This document shows, piece by piece, positions 23,782 through 35,432 of a stretch of DNA of 64,000 nucleotides (positions within the stretch are counted from its first letter, which is position 1; each line of letters starts with the position of its first letter). Source of the stretch: Entomortierella parvispora E1425. Taxonomy: Eukaryota; Fungi; Mortierellomycota. Below the pieces are notes generated by a model. It had not been told where the DNA came from. It made no database searches and was given only the letters and a program-made list of their open reading frames with translations. The stretch covers positions 2,294,001 to 2,358,000 of the forward strand of contig BQFW01000004.1 of the NCBI GenBank assembly GCA_020891255.1, read 5' to 3'. Position numbers and translations under genes: made by a program.

Positions 23782-25407
23782 TTATTGCAAAGGAATGCTC
23801 TGGGGGAATCTAAAGACGTTCTGAGGGTCAATGGAGGACTTGATCTGCTTGAGACGGGGCGTAGCAGAGCCGTAGTAGGCATTCAGCCAGTTGGGCATGT
23901 CAATGTCAATGTAGTTTTGGTATCCACTCAAAGGGGCCTTGTAGTTGGCATTGTAATCCTTGACAAGCGCGGCATGGAAATCGTTGATCCACTGCAGGCA
24001 AGGCTGGCAATCAGGCTTGCCAGGCTTGGGGTTCGCCGACTGATCCCACTCCACGACGAGCTCAAAGACAGTCTGGGCCTGGCGATGCACAAAGGAGGTT
24101 GCATCCACTGGGGTATCCTGGACAGCACCTCCCCAAACGTCCGCAATGACATAGTTGGCCGTGGCACCCTTGGGCTTCTGAGACGTCCATTTCTGAACAA
24201 TGCTGATGGTCGAGTCCTTCATGGCCGAGGAATAGATCATGGACTTGCCCTTGGTATATCTCGAGTCGCCCGTGTGGTATTTACCCGTCAAGGCCAAAGC
24301 ATTGATGTTCGTGCCCGAGTCGGAGCCGCCCTCGATCCAGGCAAAGCGCAACTGAGCGTCAACATAACGGGACTCGCGCACGTCCGAGGACTTTGGCTTG
24401 GGGACCGCCTTGAAGAAGGCGGCCAGGGCGCTGGACTGCTTGGCCTTGGTGCCCTGGAAGATACCCATCAGCTCAGGACCGCTAGGACCCCAGTTCAATT
24501 CGACGCCCAGATCTCTCGTGGCCTTGTACAATTGCTCGGTATAGGCCTTGAAGACCTTGGGGCCATCGCTGGCCTTCCAGCTGTAAGAAAAGGAAGTGAC
24601 CTTGCTGGCGGGCTTGATGGGCAAGAACGTGAATTGGGTGACGACGGCAAAGGAGCCTCCACCGGCGCCACGCAGAGCGTAAAAGAGATCTTGGTTCTGA
24701 GTAGCAGAGGCGGTCAAGATCTGACCCTTGGCATTGACGACCTGCATCTCGACGATTCTGTCCGCGATCAAACCATATTTTCTTGCCAACAGTCCAAATC
24801 CTCCTCCGAGGGCATGTCCACCAATACCGACACTGGGGCAAGTGCCTCCGTTCAAGGTCCAGCCGCCTTGGTTGAACAGATCCAGGTACAATTTACCCAA
24901 CCGGATACCGGCACCCACTTTGGCGACGGTGGGGTTAGAACCCGAGCCCTTGACGACCTGAACGGCGGACATGGCGGTGAGATCAATGACCATGGAGCCA
25001 TTTTGGCCACCGATGGAATAACCCTCAAAAGAATGACCACCGCTTCTGGGCGCGATGGGGATCTGGGCCGCTGCCGCGCACTTGACGGCGGTCTGGACGT
25101 CCTGGACATTGGCGGCCATGACAATGACCTGGGGGATGTAGTCGTATCTCAGATCGAAGCCATACCGGTTCTGTTGGAAGGAGGCCGAGGTGGCCTTGTT
25201 GGCGGAGGTGAGGACTTTGGAAGGGGTGAGGGAAGAGAGACAGGAAAGGAGTTTTTGTGAGGGGGTGATGCCGGTGGCTGTAGATGCAGAGAATGAAGAG
25301 AAATGGATGGATGTGCTGTTGTCATGGGTAGGTGCTGCCGAGACAGATGTGGAGAGGAGCAATTGAGAGATGGTCAGCAAGACCGTGACACTGCCGAGAA
25401 AATGCAT
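23782..25407 (-). CDS. Secreted berberine-bridge-enzyme-like FAD oxidoreductase (FAD_binding_4 + BBE), intronless
   Basis: Signal peptide MHFLGSVTVLLTISQLLLSTSVSA. RSGGHS (His flavinylation site), GTCPSVGIGGHALGGG (Cys site) and C-terminal YQNYID...YYG...RLKQIKSSIDPQNVFRFPQSIP. Confidence 0.93.
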   Translation of the reverse strand: MHFLGSVTVLLTISQLLLSTSVSAAPTHDNSTSIHFSSFSASTATGITPSQKLLSCLSSLTPSKVLTSANKATSASFQQNRYGFDLRYDYIPQVIVMAANVQDVQTAVKCAAAAQIPIAPRSGGHSFEGYSIGGQNGSMVIDLTAMSAVQVVKGSGSNPTVAKVGAGIRLGKLYLDLFNQGGWTLNGGTCPSVGIGGHALGGGFGLLARKYGLIADRIVEMQVVNAKGQILTASATQNQDLFYALRGAGGGSFAVVTQFTFLPIKPASKVTSFSYSWKASDGPKVFKAYTEQLYKATRDLGVELNWGPSGPELMGIFQGTKAKQSSALAAFFKAVPKPKSSDVRESRYVDAQLRFAWIEGGSDSGTNINALALTGKYHTGDSRYTKGKSMIYSSAMKDSTISIVQKWTSQKPKGATANYVIADVWGGAVQDTPVDATSFVHRQAQTVFELVVEWDQSANPKPGKPDCQPCLQWINDFHAALVKDYNANYKAPLSGYQNYIDIDMPNWLNAYYGSATPRLKQIKSSIDPQNVFRFPQSIPLQ

Positions 25408-26508
25408 ATTATTGGTAAAGATGATGCTGATGACTGTTCTATTGTGCGGAGGATGGACGAAAGAGAAGAGAGGGAGGACGATCCAAAAGAGAGGATGATG
25501 AAAACGACAAAAAGAAAGGGAAAGCAAGAAAAAGAAGTGGGCAAAAACAATGAAACGGAAGGAGATGATGTGTGGGCAACTCTCTGAAAAGGAGAGCTTT
25601 ATATACGAAAAAACGGGGCGTTCAGAGCCTTCGCTCTCCCTTCCTCCCCTCGAAAGAAAAAGGGTTCAACTGTTTTTTTAGGTGATCCTACATACCCTCC
25701 CTCCGACTTTGCGAGAGCATCTGTTGGCACCAACTCTTTCTGCCCTCCGTTGCACAATGAGAAGCGTTCTTAGAGTCAGAAAATCATTACCGTTACACTA
25801 AGAGTCAAAGTGGACGCGACACACCGTTGAGAGCACAACTGTCGTTGTCAGCATGCAAAAAAGGGGCCCTATTTTCGGACGAGCGGGAGCTAGATCTATT
25901 TTTTTTTCGAGAGCCAAAAAAAAAAACAAAAACAGAAACGAAGTTCAACGGTCCACACTCCCATTCACGCCGTGATTTTCGCCCAAAGTTAAACAGTTCA
26001 TCCCTATCTTTGTCAAAGACGGCGCTGCAATCAAAGATCCCCTCTGTAAATAGTGAACGGCCCTAACAGCACGGGCGATTCTTCTGAACAGAAAGACATT
26101 TGCATCAGGAGGTTTCGACAAAATGTGAGGGAGCTCCACTGCATTGCAGTGTTCCTGAGACCCTTTATTTTTTGAACCTGTAAAAATAGAGATTTCGTCT
26201 GCAGAGTGTCGCTGGAAACAGACAATTGCGCCCAGCCCGACCCAGCTGGGTTTACGAACTGACACAACGGAGGTCCGACCACAGCAAAGCGTTGACGTCA
26301 ATTGGGGCTGCGCGCCGACCAACTGCAAATCGACAACTTTCTAGAACTGACGCCGTGCCAACGGCGGGAATAAGACCAAACTTGCAGACGGCGCCAGCCG
26401 CTACGCCGTTCTCATAGTTCCTGACATGTAAAACGTGAATCTAGTGTGCTCTTCTTTTCTTTCTCCCTCCACCCACGTTCTTTATTGTGCTATCTTTGAG
26501 CGCCATCA

Positions 26509-29500
26509 TCAGCGTGTGTTCGTTGCTTGGTTATACTTCTGTATGTACGCCTGCAGCTTTGGATTGATTGCCTTGTTCGGCGGCGGCCCAGTCGCCAGCG
26601 ACGACGAAGACGAGGAAGTAGAAGAGGACGACGCAGGTGCTACTCGACCAGGAGGGGGAGAAGACGAGAGCGCAATTCTCTCCCGGTACCGGTTTGCAAT
26701 CGCTGCTGCACTTGAGATAGGTGGTGCCACTGACGGTGAAGTTGGAGAGGGGCTGGCGCTTTTCTTATTCGGAGGGGATGGTGCCACCTTCTTGGGTCTC
26801 TCAAAGATTCTCGATCGCGGGGGCGCTTCTTGAATCTTGGGCAAGGTCTTGTCGAGGTTCAAGGAGGCGCTGGTGACAACAGATTCTGTTACTGCGACTG
26901 CCATTGTTGCGGTGTCTGTCTCAGTGGTCGAGCCATCGGAGCCAGACGTCGATTCCGAGGTCATTGCCGCAACTGCAACAGCCGCAACTTCAGAAACACT
27001 GGTTGTAGAGGCTTCTGCCACAGCTGTTGTGGCTGGGGCTATCAAATGCTGACTCTTTGTCTCTTGCTGTTCCTGTTGGGCGGCACTTTCCATATCCAAG
27101 GCAGAGACTCTAGGTTTTTCTATCTCAAGGGGAAGAATTTGCGCGACCACGACCCCTGGAGCAGGAGTGGCAACTGGGTGGATTGATGACACTGTTTGAA
27201 AATGAATATCTTTCATAGTCAAATCATGGCCCTGATCACTGATGTCAAGTTGCTCACGGCGGCTCTTGTCGTTAGCCACTCCTCCATTTCCATTCTCAAG
27301 GTTGCGATGTTGATGCGGGAGACGTCCAGCCTCTGCTGCCCGTTGTCGCCGAGGTGGCGAGATTGGTCGTTGCGCACCAGCAGCCGTTGAAGAGGCCAAG
27401 TGTCCCGATCCATTAGTGTGGCCTGTTGATTTAGTTCCCGACGCTGTGGAGGTGCTTGCAGATGATCCGCTGCCCCAGCCAAGACCTGAGGCGGCGGCAG
27501 ACGCTGCAGCAGAGGCTGCACTCTTGGCTCCCTCTGCAAAAACTTGGATTAAATAGCCGCTGCCACTCCCTCTCTCTTGACTTGAGGAACCCTGAACCTG
27601 CTTAGGGCTGTTGATGGCTTTGCGTAGCACGCCCGTGTTGACAACATATCCTCCAGAGTTGGCCCCGACAGCTCTGAAGCTATTTGCGGCTGCAATGGCT
27701 TGGGCTCGGATCTCGCTCGAAGTTGTCTCGGCTTCAAATTCTTCCACAACAATAACGTCCTCCGTTTGTATCGATTCTTCAACTACCCCTTGGACGTTGA
27801 GTCTACCGCCTTGATGATGATGTCCATGATTCGCCTGCTGACCCTCATGAACTGTATCCAGCGTGCTACTGCTCTGTAAACCGCTGCCCTGATTGTTTGT
27901 TGTTACACGAGAGTATTTATCATCGCGTCGATCGCGTTCCCGTTCAGGATTTCTCGCGCGAGGTTGTGGTAGTGGTTGCTGCCTGCCAGCTGGAGTTTGG
28001 AGCTGAAGGGCCTCCATGGCAGTCTGCGGTGCTCGTATGGGTGCGTTGGAATGCAATGGAGGGTCCTCTATTGTCGGTCTACGCCGACCAGCTCTTTGCT
28101 CGTCTTGTTGTCCAGGCCCGCCTCCATCGCCTGTATCCCGACGTGGACGACTCGATCGCCCTTCAATATCACTAGCGACAGGTGGCGATGTAGATGGTGC
28201 CTTTGAATTTGCTGGGGAGGGATGTGATGCAGAGGTCAATGCCTTTGGCTTTGCGCTTATAGAGGGTTTAACGCCAGGGACAGGCTTCCGTGCCGCTTTT
28301 GGATAAACAAATCCACTTCCTGTCCCCTGCTGTCCGTGTGCACTCGATCCTGCAGCTGCTGAAGTTGAGGCCGTTACTGACGAAAATGTCGGCTTGCCGT
28401 CCCTCTTCTTTGTCCCTGCACTACCGGCGGTGTTGGCTGTGGAGTTTGTCAATCCATCGAGCCCTTTATTATTATTGGGAGATCGAGCTCTCTGGGCTGT
28501 AATCGTGGCCATCGGCGGTCTCTTTGCCGGGATAGGTGTAGGTTTTGGGACATAGGAGTTCTGCTGAACGGAGGAAGTTGTCGATGGCTGCGGATTTCTC
28601 AAATGTCCACTCGATGTTTGTGTTGAAGCCGTCGAGTTTTGCAAATGGCCACTGAACGGCTGGGTGGCCTGAGCAGAAGTGGCAGGGAGAGGCGTAGGCG
28701 GTTCTTGCGCTACTTCCAACGGTGTAGGTGCGGAAGGCAACGGGCTGGGAGCCTGTGGGCTCTGATTCAAATAACGCGGTTTTGGCCCTGGAACAGGGAG
28801 AGGACGGTTCATGGGTACATGTTGAAGCTCTGGGCTAGCACAGGTGCGAGGAGGAGGGCCAGTCTCGACAGGAGCGTGTTGCAAATGATGACTTGGTGGT
28901 GAAGACTCGTTCAACAATCGTGACAGTTCAGACGGATTGCCTCCGCTGTCGCCACCCACAGGAGTCTGGGGCAACGGTACTTTGATATTAGGATCCCGCT
29001 CCAAAGAAGACGACCGTGGTGGATCCATGACTCCCGGCTTTGGAACACTGCTTGCCGGTGAGAGGTCAGGCACAGGAGAGCCTATTCTCTTGACCCTCTC
29101 ATATGCCTCTCGAGCAAGAGCTAGGCTTTCTGCGGTTTGTACTGGTATCGGAATGGGAGATAGGGATCTCGGAGCATGTTTTCTGGTCCCTTCTTGGCGA
29201 TGAGGCGATCCAGTCGGTGGAGGTGAGGGTAGTGGAAGTGGCCTGGCAAAAAGCGGGACCTCTGTAATGGAGTCCTCAGGTGCTGTTCCAAACTCGCCTG
29301 TTTGTGGGGCTGCAGGTTGGCGGTGGGGATGATGGAGGAATCGAGCCGTGGTTTGGATATTGACAGTTTCAGTCTGCGAAGAAGCTTGTTGATCCTGATT
29401 GTCAAATCCTGTTGGACTTCGGGGGCTCTGAGGAGAGGCAGCCGTTGGACTGTATTGCGATGTGAAGGACCCAACACCCGTGTTGATGCGATCTATAGAA

Positions 29501-32259
29501 GGTCTTTTGCGGCCAGTTGGAGATTTTGGGATCGGGATGGGAGGGGTCGGGCGACTCGCTTTCGGGGCTCGGATGACGGGTTGACTGTGGGCCACAGCTT
29601 CAGTCTCCTTCTTTGATATCCATTGGTGAATAGCTGTTGCCATCGACTTGTCATCCAGATCAAACTCGACATTGTCTCCAAGACCCGCCAATGTTCCAAA
29701 GGCGCGCTGCTGCTGGTACTGTGCTGCTGCTTTCAAGAATTCCTTGGCCTTTGTTGTGGGTGGCGGTTGGAAGGGTGTATATCGGACGCGTTCGACTGCG
29801 GGGACGTATGCTAAAGGAACCGCTGGTCCAAGAGGTGGAGATTTGGTAAACCGGCGCCCCACCGGATCTTGGTCGTCATGGTTTCTCCCTTGCCTATGTT
29901 CATGATGAAGATGGCTACTCGAGGTCGGACTTGTCGATCGCTGGATTTTATCGGCGAGTTTACTCAGCTTGCTCTTTGGACTCGACAAAATGGATCGGAT
30001 CGAAGTGATCGAGTTTGCAGGGGATAGTTCACGCTCGTCCTGTCTCCATTCACCCTGTCGACCAGGTCGTTCTGATCCATCTTCGTTCTGATCGTTGCCT
30101 TCAGATAGGGCAAGGTCCTCACTAGACGCGATCCTGCCATCAGCATGTGTTCTATAATCCATGTTGTCATAATCCGTGTCATTTGTCACAATGTTGTACT
30201 GGTGGGGAAGGTGATCCAGCTGAGGCTTCGGTGCAGGCGTCAGTGATGCCGGATGACAGATTTTTATAGGAATCTCAACTGAAAGTTCTCCACTACAAAA
30301 AAAAAAAAAAAAGAATGCCACATGGACATGATCAGAAATCGATTTCGATATGAAATGGGCCCTTCTTTAAAAGTTTGGGTCAACATTTCACATACCTGAA
30401 CGCTCCAAGTAACATGGAGACTGTGACAAAGCAGGTTACTTCAAACAGTGCCGTCCCTCTAATTGTTCTTGCGTTTCCAGGCACAATCATGTTGACAGTC
30501 ATTGAGCGCTCCTCTCCAGTATCAAACAGATAGCTCGATGACTTGAACTCGTGGGTGCCAATGACTTCAGAAACGCTGACCGTGTCGATTTTTAGACCTG
30601 GATTTCTTTCTGCCTTTGCCTTATCCGCCACCATTTCTAATTTCCGCGCCACTTCTAAACGAATGCCCTGCACCTAGAAAGAGATAGAGAGAGAGAGAGT
30701 GGTCAATAAATTGTAATCTTGAATGGCGAAAGGAAAATCCTCGATGGGTAGTAGTAAATTTATCTTTTTGGCGTAAAAGACTCACCTTTCGACTCGTGTT
30801 GTTGCTCACTTTGACCTCTACAGTCAAATTACCTCCAGCACTGTGCAGTCGCTCTGACAACATAGCCTCGAGCACTAGATTTCCGCCACCGCCCCAAAAC
30901 AGTTTTGTTGAATTGCTGGCATGAACTGGGAGTTTATAGTCTGGATTGTATCCATCCCATGCCTCGACCACAAACGCCTCCTTTGTCTTGAGTATCGTCT
31001 CATCCTTGCCATGATAAAAGACTTGGACCAATCTATTGTACAAGTGAACTTTTGGCTGTTAGTTTGAACCGGGATTTAAGAGCAGAAAACAAGATAATAT
31101 CCAGAATAAAAATGGCCATACCCAGTAACGACGTATCGCAGACTGGCGGTTTGTCCAAAGACCAAACTACTGGGGCAATCCAGCGGCAGCTGGAACGCAA
31201 AGGGGAACGTCGTTTTTCCTTTCTTGGCCACCCAGAACCCATTTTCGTCGATCTGGCCATGTACAGCATTTGAGGGCGGCATCTTGGGTCCCTGGAAACA
31301 TAATCGCGAGGAAAGGAACGACTGAGTTGCTGTAAACTCTTTGGAAGTAATTTCTGTCGTTTGGCATTTGGGCGCAGTCAGAAAGAAACAAAAAAAAAAA
31401 AAAAAAAAAAAGAGAGGAAGCTCAGTCAACTCAACAAAGAAAGATCCCGCGTAAGAATCACCCAGTCCACTTCTCCTCTTCAGGCGCACTTACCTTCATA
31501 CGCTGCAAGCTCGACCGCGATTTCGCCCAGCTTCAAAGACCGCGAGCTCGTGGCTGTGATTTCCATCCGTCCAAAGAGATTTCCTCCTGCTTGGAAAATG
31601 GTAGAGTCAAAAAAGATACGAATCTTCAGTTTGCTGCATTTCGCAGGTTGGGCTGTGGTCAAAGGCCGGAATGCAATGTTGTTGGCGAGTGTCAGGGCAG
31701 AGTTTGCTACGGCCTCAATGCCAGAAACAAATCCCGAGCCTGATCCCGGGGTGGAACCTGGTGGTGGAAGAACTGGGGGCATCTTGGGCAGAACTGCCTG
31801 GTGGTGTTCTTCATAGTGTTGATCAATATGGTACGTGTGGTGGGAAGAAGGGGCATGATCCTGTGGAGGGGCTGGACCTAGGTTATGATGCTGCTGTACA
31901 GAGTGCTGGTCATGGTGATCATGGTGTTGCTGTGGTGCCGGATGATGATAAAGACGATCGTGGACCGTGAAGGCGGATGATGTTGCTGAAGGAGGGTCTG
32001 GTAGTTTTATGTTGTCTGGTAAATATCGGTCATGTTGGCGAGGAGGAGTAAAGTCTGGGTGGGAAGATCGATTTCTAGTTCTTCCACGTTCCCCAGAGGG
32101 TTGGTGATGACTGGCATGTTCACGGATCGGAAGGTGCCCTGACGAGGGTGGAGAGGAGGAAAAGGATGTCGGGTTTGAGGGTTGTCCTGCAGGGGAGCGT
32201 GTGCGGAGGTGAGCATGACGATTGAGGCTAATGTCGGAGTGGGAGTGGGTAGTCGACAT
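26509..32259 (-). CDS. Arrestin-domain protein with very long disordered C-terminal tail, 5 exons
   Basis: Arrestin N-like LKIRIFFDSTIFQAGGNLFGRMEI...TTFPFAFQLPLDCPSS...LRYVVTG and C-like LTVEVKVSNNTSRK|VQGIRL...ELSVEIPIKICHP, followed by a ~1200-aa P/S/T-rich exon. Confidence 0.85.
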
Positions 32260-32925
32260 GACTCGTCAACAGGGCAACGGAGTCCTGTGCCTGATCTATA
32301 GAGAAGTGACGCGGAACTGAAGAGAAAAAGCAAGGAATGGACGCTAGGACAAAGGGTGGTGAAGAGGGAAGAGAGAAGAGAAGAGTGGAGAATGGTCAAG
32401 AAGGAAAGAGCAAACGGAGAGAAGGAGCAAGCTGGGACGAGGGCCACGGACCGAACGCACGTCTACCGTCGGCTGTCTGTCCCTCCACACTCCTTCTCCC
32501 CGGCCTGTCCATCCGCCTGCCTGCCTGTCCTGTCAGCAATGAAATCATCCTCGCTTTGCAGTTGCCCCTATAATTATTTTATTGTCGGCGACACAGGTCC
32601 GCACGCTGTTCCTCATGACCGACCACGCTGCGTCCCTGTTGTTGCGGCTTGGCCATGTCTTGGAGTTCCCATTTTCAACTCGTCCTCACTGCGGTGGACC
32701 CCTTCCTTCCTCTCCTTCTACCCCCTCCATCATCATCATTGCGTGCCGCCATAGCCGCAAAAGTATTTTTACATGGCTGGGTCGATTTTGGTGGCGTCAA
32801 TTTTGTCCCTGAATATGAAGATGCAGCAAATGCGATAATTGAACAAAGGGAGCCACTTTTTTTGTCCGCTGCACATGCATCTGTCCTCACCGTCATTTCT
32901 TCATCCACTCATCCATCAAAGTGCA

Positions 32926-33590
32926 ATGTCGCTCGCCAAACGGCTACTCCATCCCCACTATGTCACAAACTCCATCTTGGCGATAGCCTACCCAGCCTAC
33001 CAGCTCATCACTCATCCCGAATACCTCAACACTGAAAGTGTGGCTGCGTACTCGCGTTATCTCTTACCAGCCGCGATCCTTCTCTCGATCAAGGTCCGTG
33101 GATCCCAGTCCGCAGAAGAGCTCGTCAGTGTCGTTGCACTTTATATTAAGGTCTATTCTCTCTATGGGTTCTGGACCATCGCCAAAGACAAGGCCGTCCT
33201 GTTTGGAATGGAGTGGTCTGGCTGGTGGCGAGTTATCTACTTCCTCTTCACATGGCTAGGTAAATTCATGCCTTCATTCCACATACCCTCCACGCTGCGT
33301 TCCCTTGAGTATGGTGAAGTATGGGATGTTAACTCGCTTTTCAATTTGATCGGTATTTAGCCATTTTCATTGCTTTTCCTCAGCCTTCATACCAAGGTCC
33401 CTCCAAGATCATTTGGCTGAACGCTTCTCAGCTGGAATACCTGACCACTCCCGGATCCAGCAAGGGCAAGGGAAAAAAGACTGCAGACCATACGTCGCCA
33501 CTCAGGAACAGATCTTCCACGGCTAAGATTGTAGAGCTGGACGGGAATGGTGAACCTCTGGACGAGGCAGATGGAGAGGAAAGGCTTGAT

Positions 33591-33633
<43 letters not shown>

Positions 33634-34173
33634 GGGAGCAGGAGCGGGACGATAGCTCCTTGTCAGAACTCGATCCAAGCCACTACTGGATCATTGCCTT
33701 TAATACTACTTGGAGTTCACCCTGCCGACATTTCGAAGCTGTCCTTGCCAGATGTTCTATCACGTAAGTCTCCTATAGGCCCTTCCGTCCGTCCGCTTCG
33801 ATAGCAAGGCGACAAGTATGATTGAGGAGAATAGATCGAAACTAATACGAGAGGTATGCCTTGTCATGATGGTAGATACGAGAGAAAAACGGTTCATTTT
33901 GCAAAGATCGACATGGACCTGATTCAAGAAGGAGATCAGATCGCAGAGCGCTTCAAGATCAACTTGGCGGCTACGACATTGGATCTGCCCACACTGATCT
34001 TATTCAAGGACGGCAAGGCATTGAAGCAATTGCCCCTGAAACTTGGAACAAAAGTCGGAGGCGAAGTCCTTGGCAAGGTTGGATGGGATCGCTCAGAGTC
34101 TTCTGTTTCTCAAGCATTCGAATTGCCGTTGTTGGGCACTGGAAAGGAGTCCTTTGCTCGTGAATCATCCTAG
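32926..34173 (+). CDS. TMX2: Thioredoxin-related transmembrane protein 2 (TMX2)-like, 3 exons
   Basis: N-terminal LLHPHYVTNSIL, TM segments, FPQPSYQGPSKI, thioredoxin fold YWIIAFNTTWSSPCRHF (SxxC), FAKIDM...AERFKIN...LDLPTLILFKDGK. Confidence 0.82.
33591..33647 (+). repeat. (CAGGAG)n hexamer repeat encoding (QE)n in TMX2
   Basis: Seven perfect CAGGAG units followed by CGGGAG CAGGAG CGG. Confidence 0.9.
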
Positions 34174-34205
34174 TAAACGGAGCACCTATTTACGTGTTCC
34201 TGTAG

Positions 34206-34631
34206 TTATGAACTATTAGGAAAGTATCTAATAAAAGCTCGGGTGATTCTAAGACTCCCGGGGTCCAAAGTTGAGCACCGCTTTCGGACTACAGCCTCGA
34301 GAGTGGAACCCATAAGATTTTTCATGTATTTCCGCAATGTTCGGTTGTACTGCAAAGATACCGCGGCGGTGCTCTCAAGGGTCGATGCGGCGCGGTGGGC
34401 AACAGCCACCAGGTTATGGTTACATGAAGAAAAAAGTTGTTTTGGTGGCGGCACTGCGAGAAAGCAGCGAGAGTGGCAAAAAAAAAAAAAAAAGAGCACA
34501 CGACCACCGAGGCAGGGTTCTTTTGTTGAGTTAGTGGCAAAAGACGGCGCCTCAAACCATGGTTCGCAATACGTTCCGAAGTGAAATTTAGAGGGTGGTC
34601 GCACCAAATGAAGAGCGATAAATTTAGCCAT
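34206..34631 (-). CDS. Possible small spliced ORF (56 aa)
   Basis: CT-rich leader, ACAACATGG start context, MAKFIALHL|YNRTLRKYMKNL...RYFPNSS* with GTGCGA donor (34604) and TTGCAG acceptor (34350). Confidence 0.3.
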   Translation of the reverse strand: MAKFIALHLVRPPSKFHFGTYCEPWFEAPSFATNSTKEPCLGGRVLFFFFFCHSRCFLAVPPPKQLFSSCNHNLVAVAHRAASTLESTAAVSLQYNRTLRKYMKNLMGSTLEAVVRKRCSTLDPGSLRITRAFIRYFPNSS

Positions 34632-35129
34632 GTTGTTCTGTTCGGAGTAAAGGAGGAGAGAAGGAGAAAGGGAAGAAGATGATGATACGAGAGAGCATGG
34701 CGTGTTGGCGTGGTTGTGCAGTGGAAAGACAACCCGATGGAAGGATCGAAAAACGAGGTCACCTCCTGGGCGTAAAGCAAACGAGCGAGTGCAATGGATA
34801 GCATAGGCAGCTTTTGAAGGGTTCAGGGGGGGGATGCAGCCAGCATCAAGTGGACGGACAGTAAAGAGAAAAAGAAAAAAAGAATGTTGGGAGCACAACA
34901 ATCACATTCACAATAACACATAAATAACATCGTCAACCCTCCCCATCATCCAACCCCTAGCCCCTACAGCCAAGCCTAGGCACGTCCAGCGCTGTGGAAA
35001 CTGGAAAGCAGCATTGGGCTCCGCTCCCGGGCTTTCGAGCAAGAATGACGACGGACGGAGAGAGCGGGCCATATGTTCGCCACTTAAACTTTTTGGGCGT
35101 TTCATTCTCTCAACTTTCATTCTTCTTTT

Positions 35130-35157
35130 CATTCATTCATTCATTCATTCATTCATT
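35130..35157 (+). repeat. (CATT)7 microsatellite
   Basis: Directly visible tetramer run upstream of UXS1. Confidence 0.85.
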
Positions 35158-35432
35158 CTTCATTCATCCCCCTCATCTTGTTCTCTAGCGTCGACTTTAC
35201 TCCACTCCACTCACTCACTCCACTCACTCCACTCGCTCCACAATACATTACCCCACAACACTCACTCCACTCCCACGCCACAGCTCTCCTACTGTTTCCA
35301 TCCTCATTTTCTGTGCCTTTCTGTATCTCACTTCTTTGACCCTTTCACCCCAACGTCGTATTCTCCCACCCCCTTCCTCTTCTACTTCACTTTCCCCTCT
35401 CTCCTTGCAGCCCCCACTTCTATTGAACGACA

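Noticed and set aside
23785-25260. 491-aa plus-strand ORF
   Set aside because: Exact antisense shadow of the codon-biased BBE-like gene, with no recognisable motifs.
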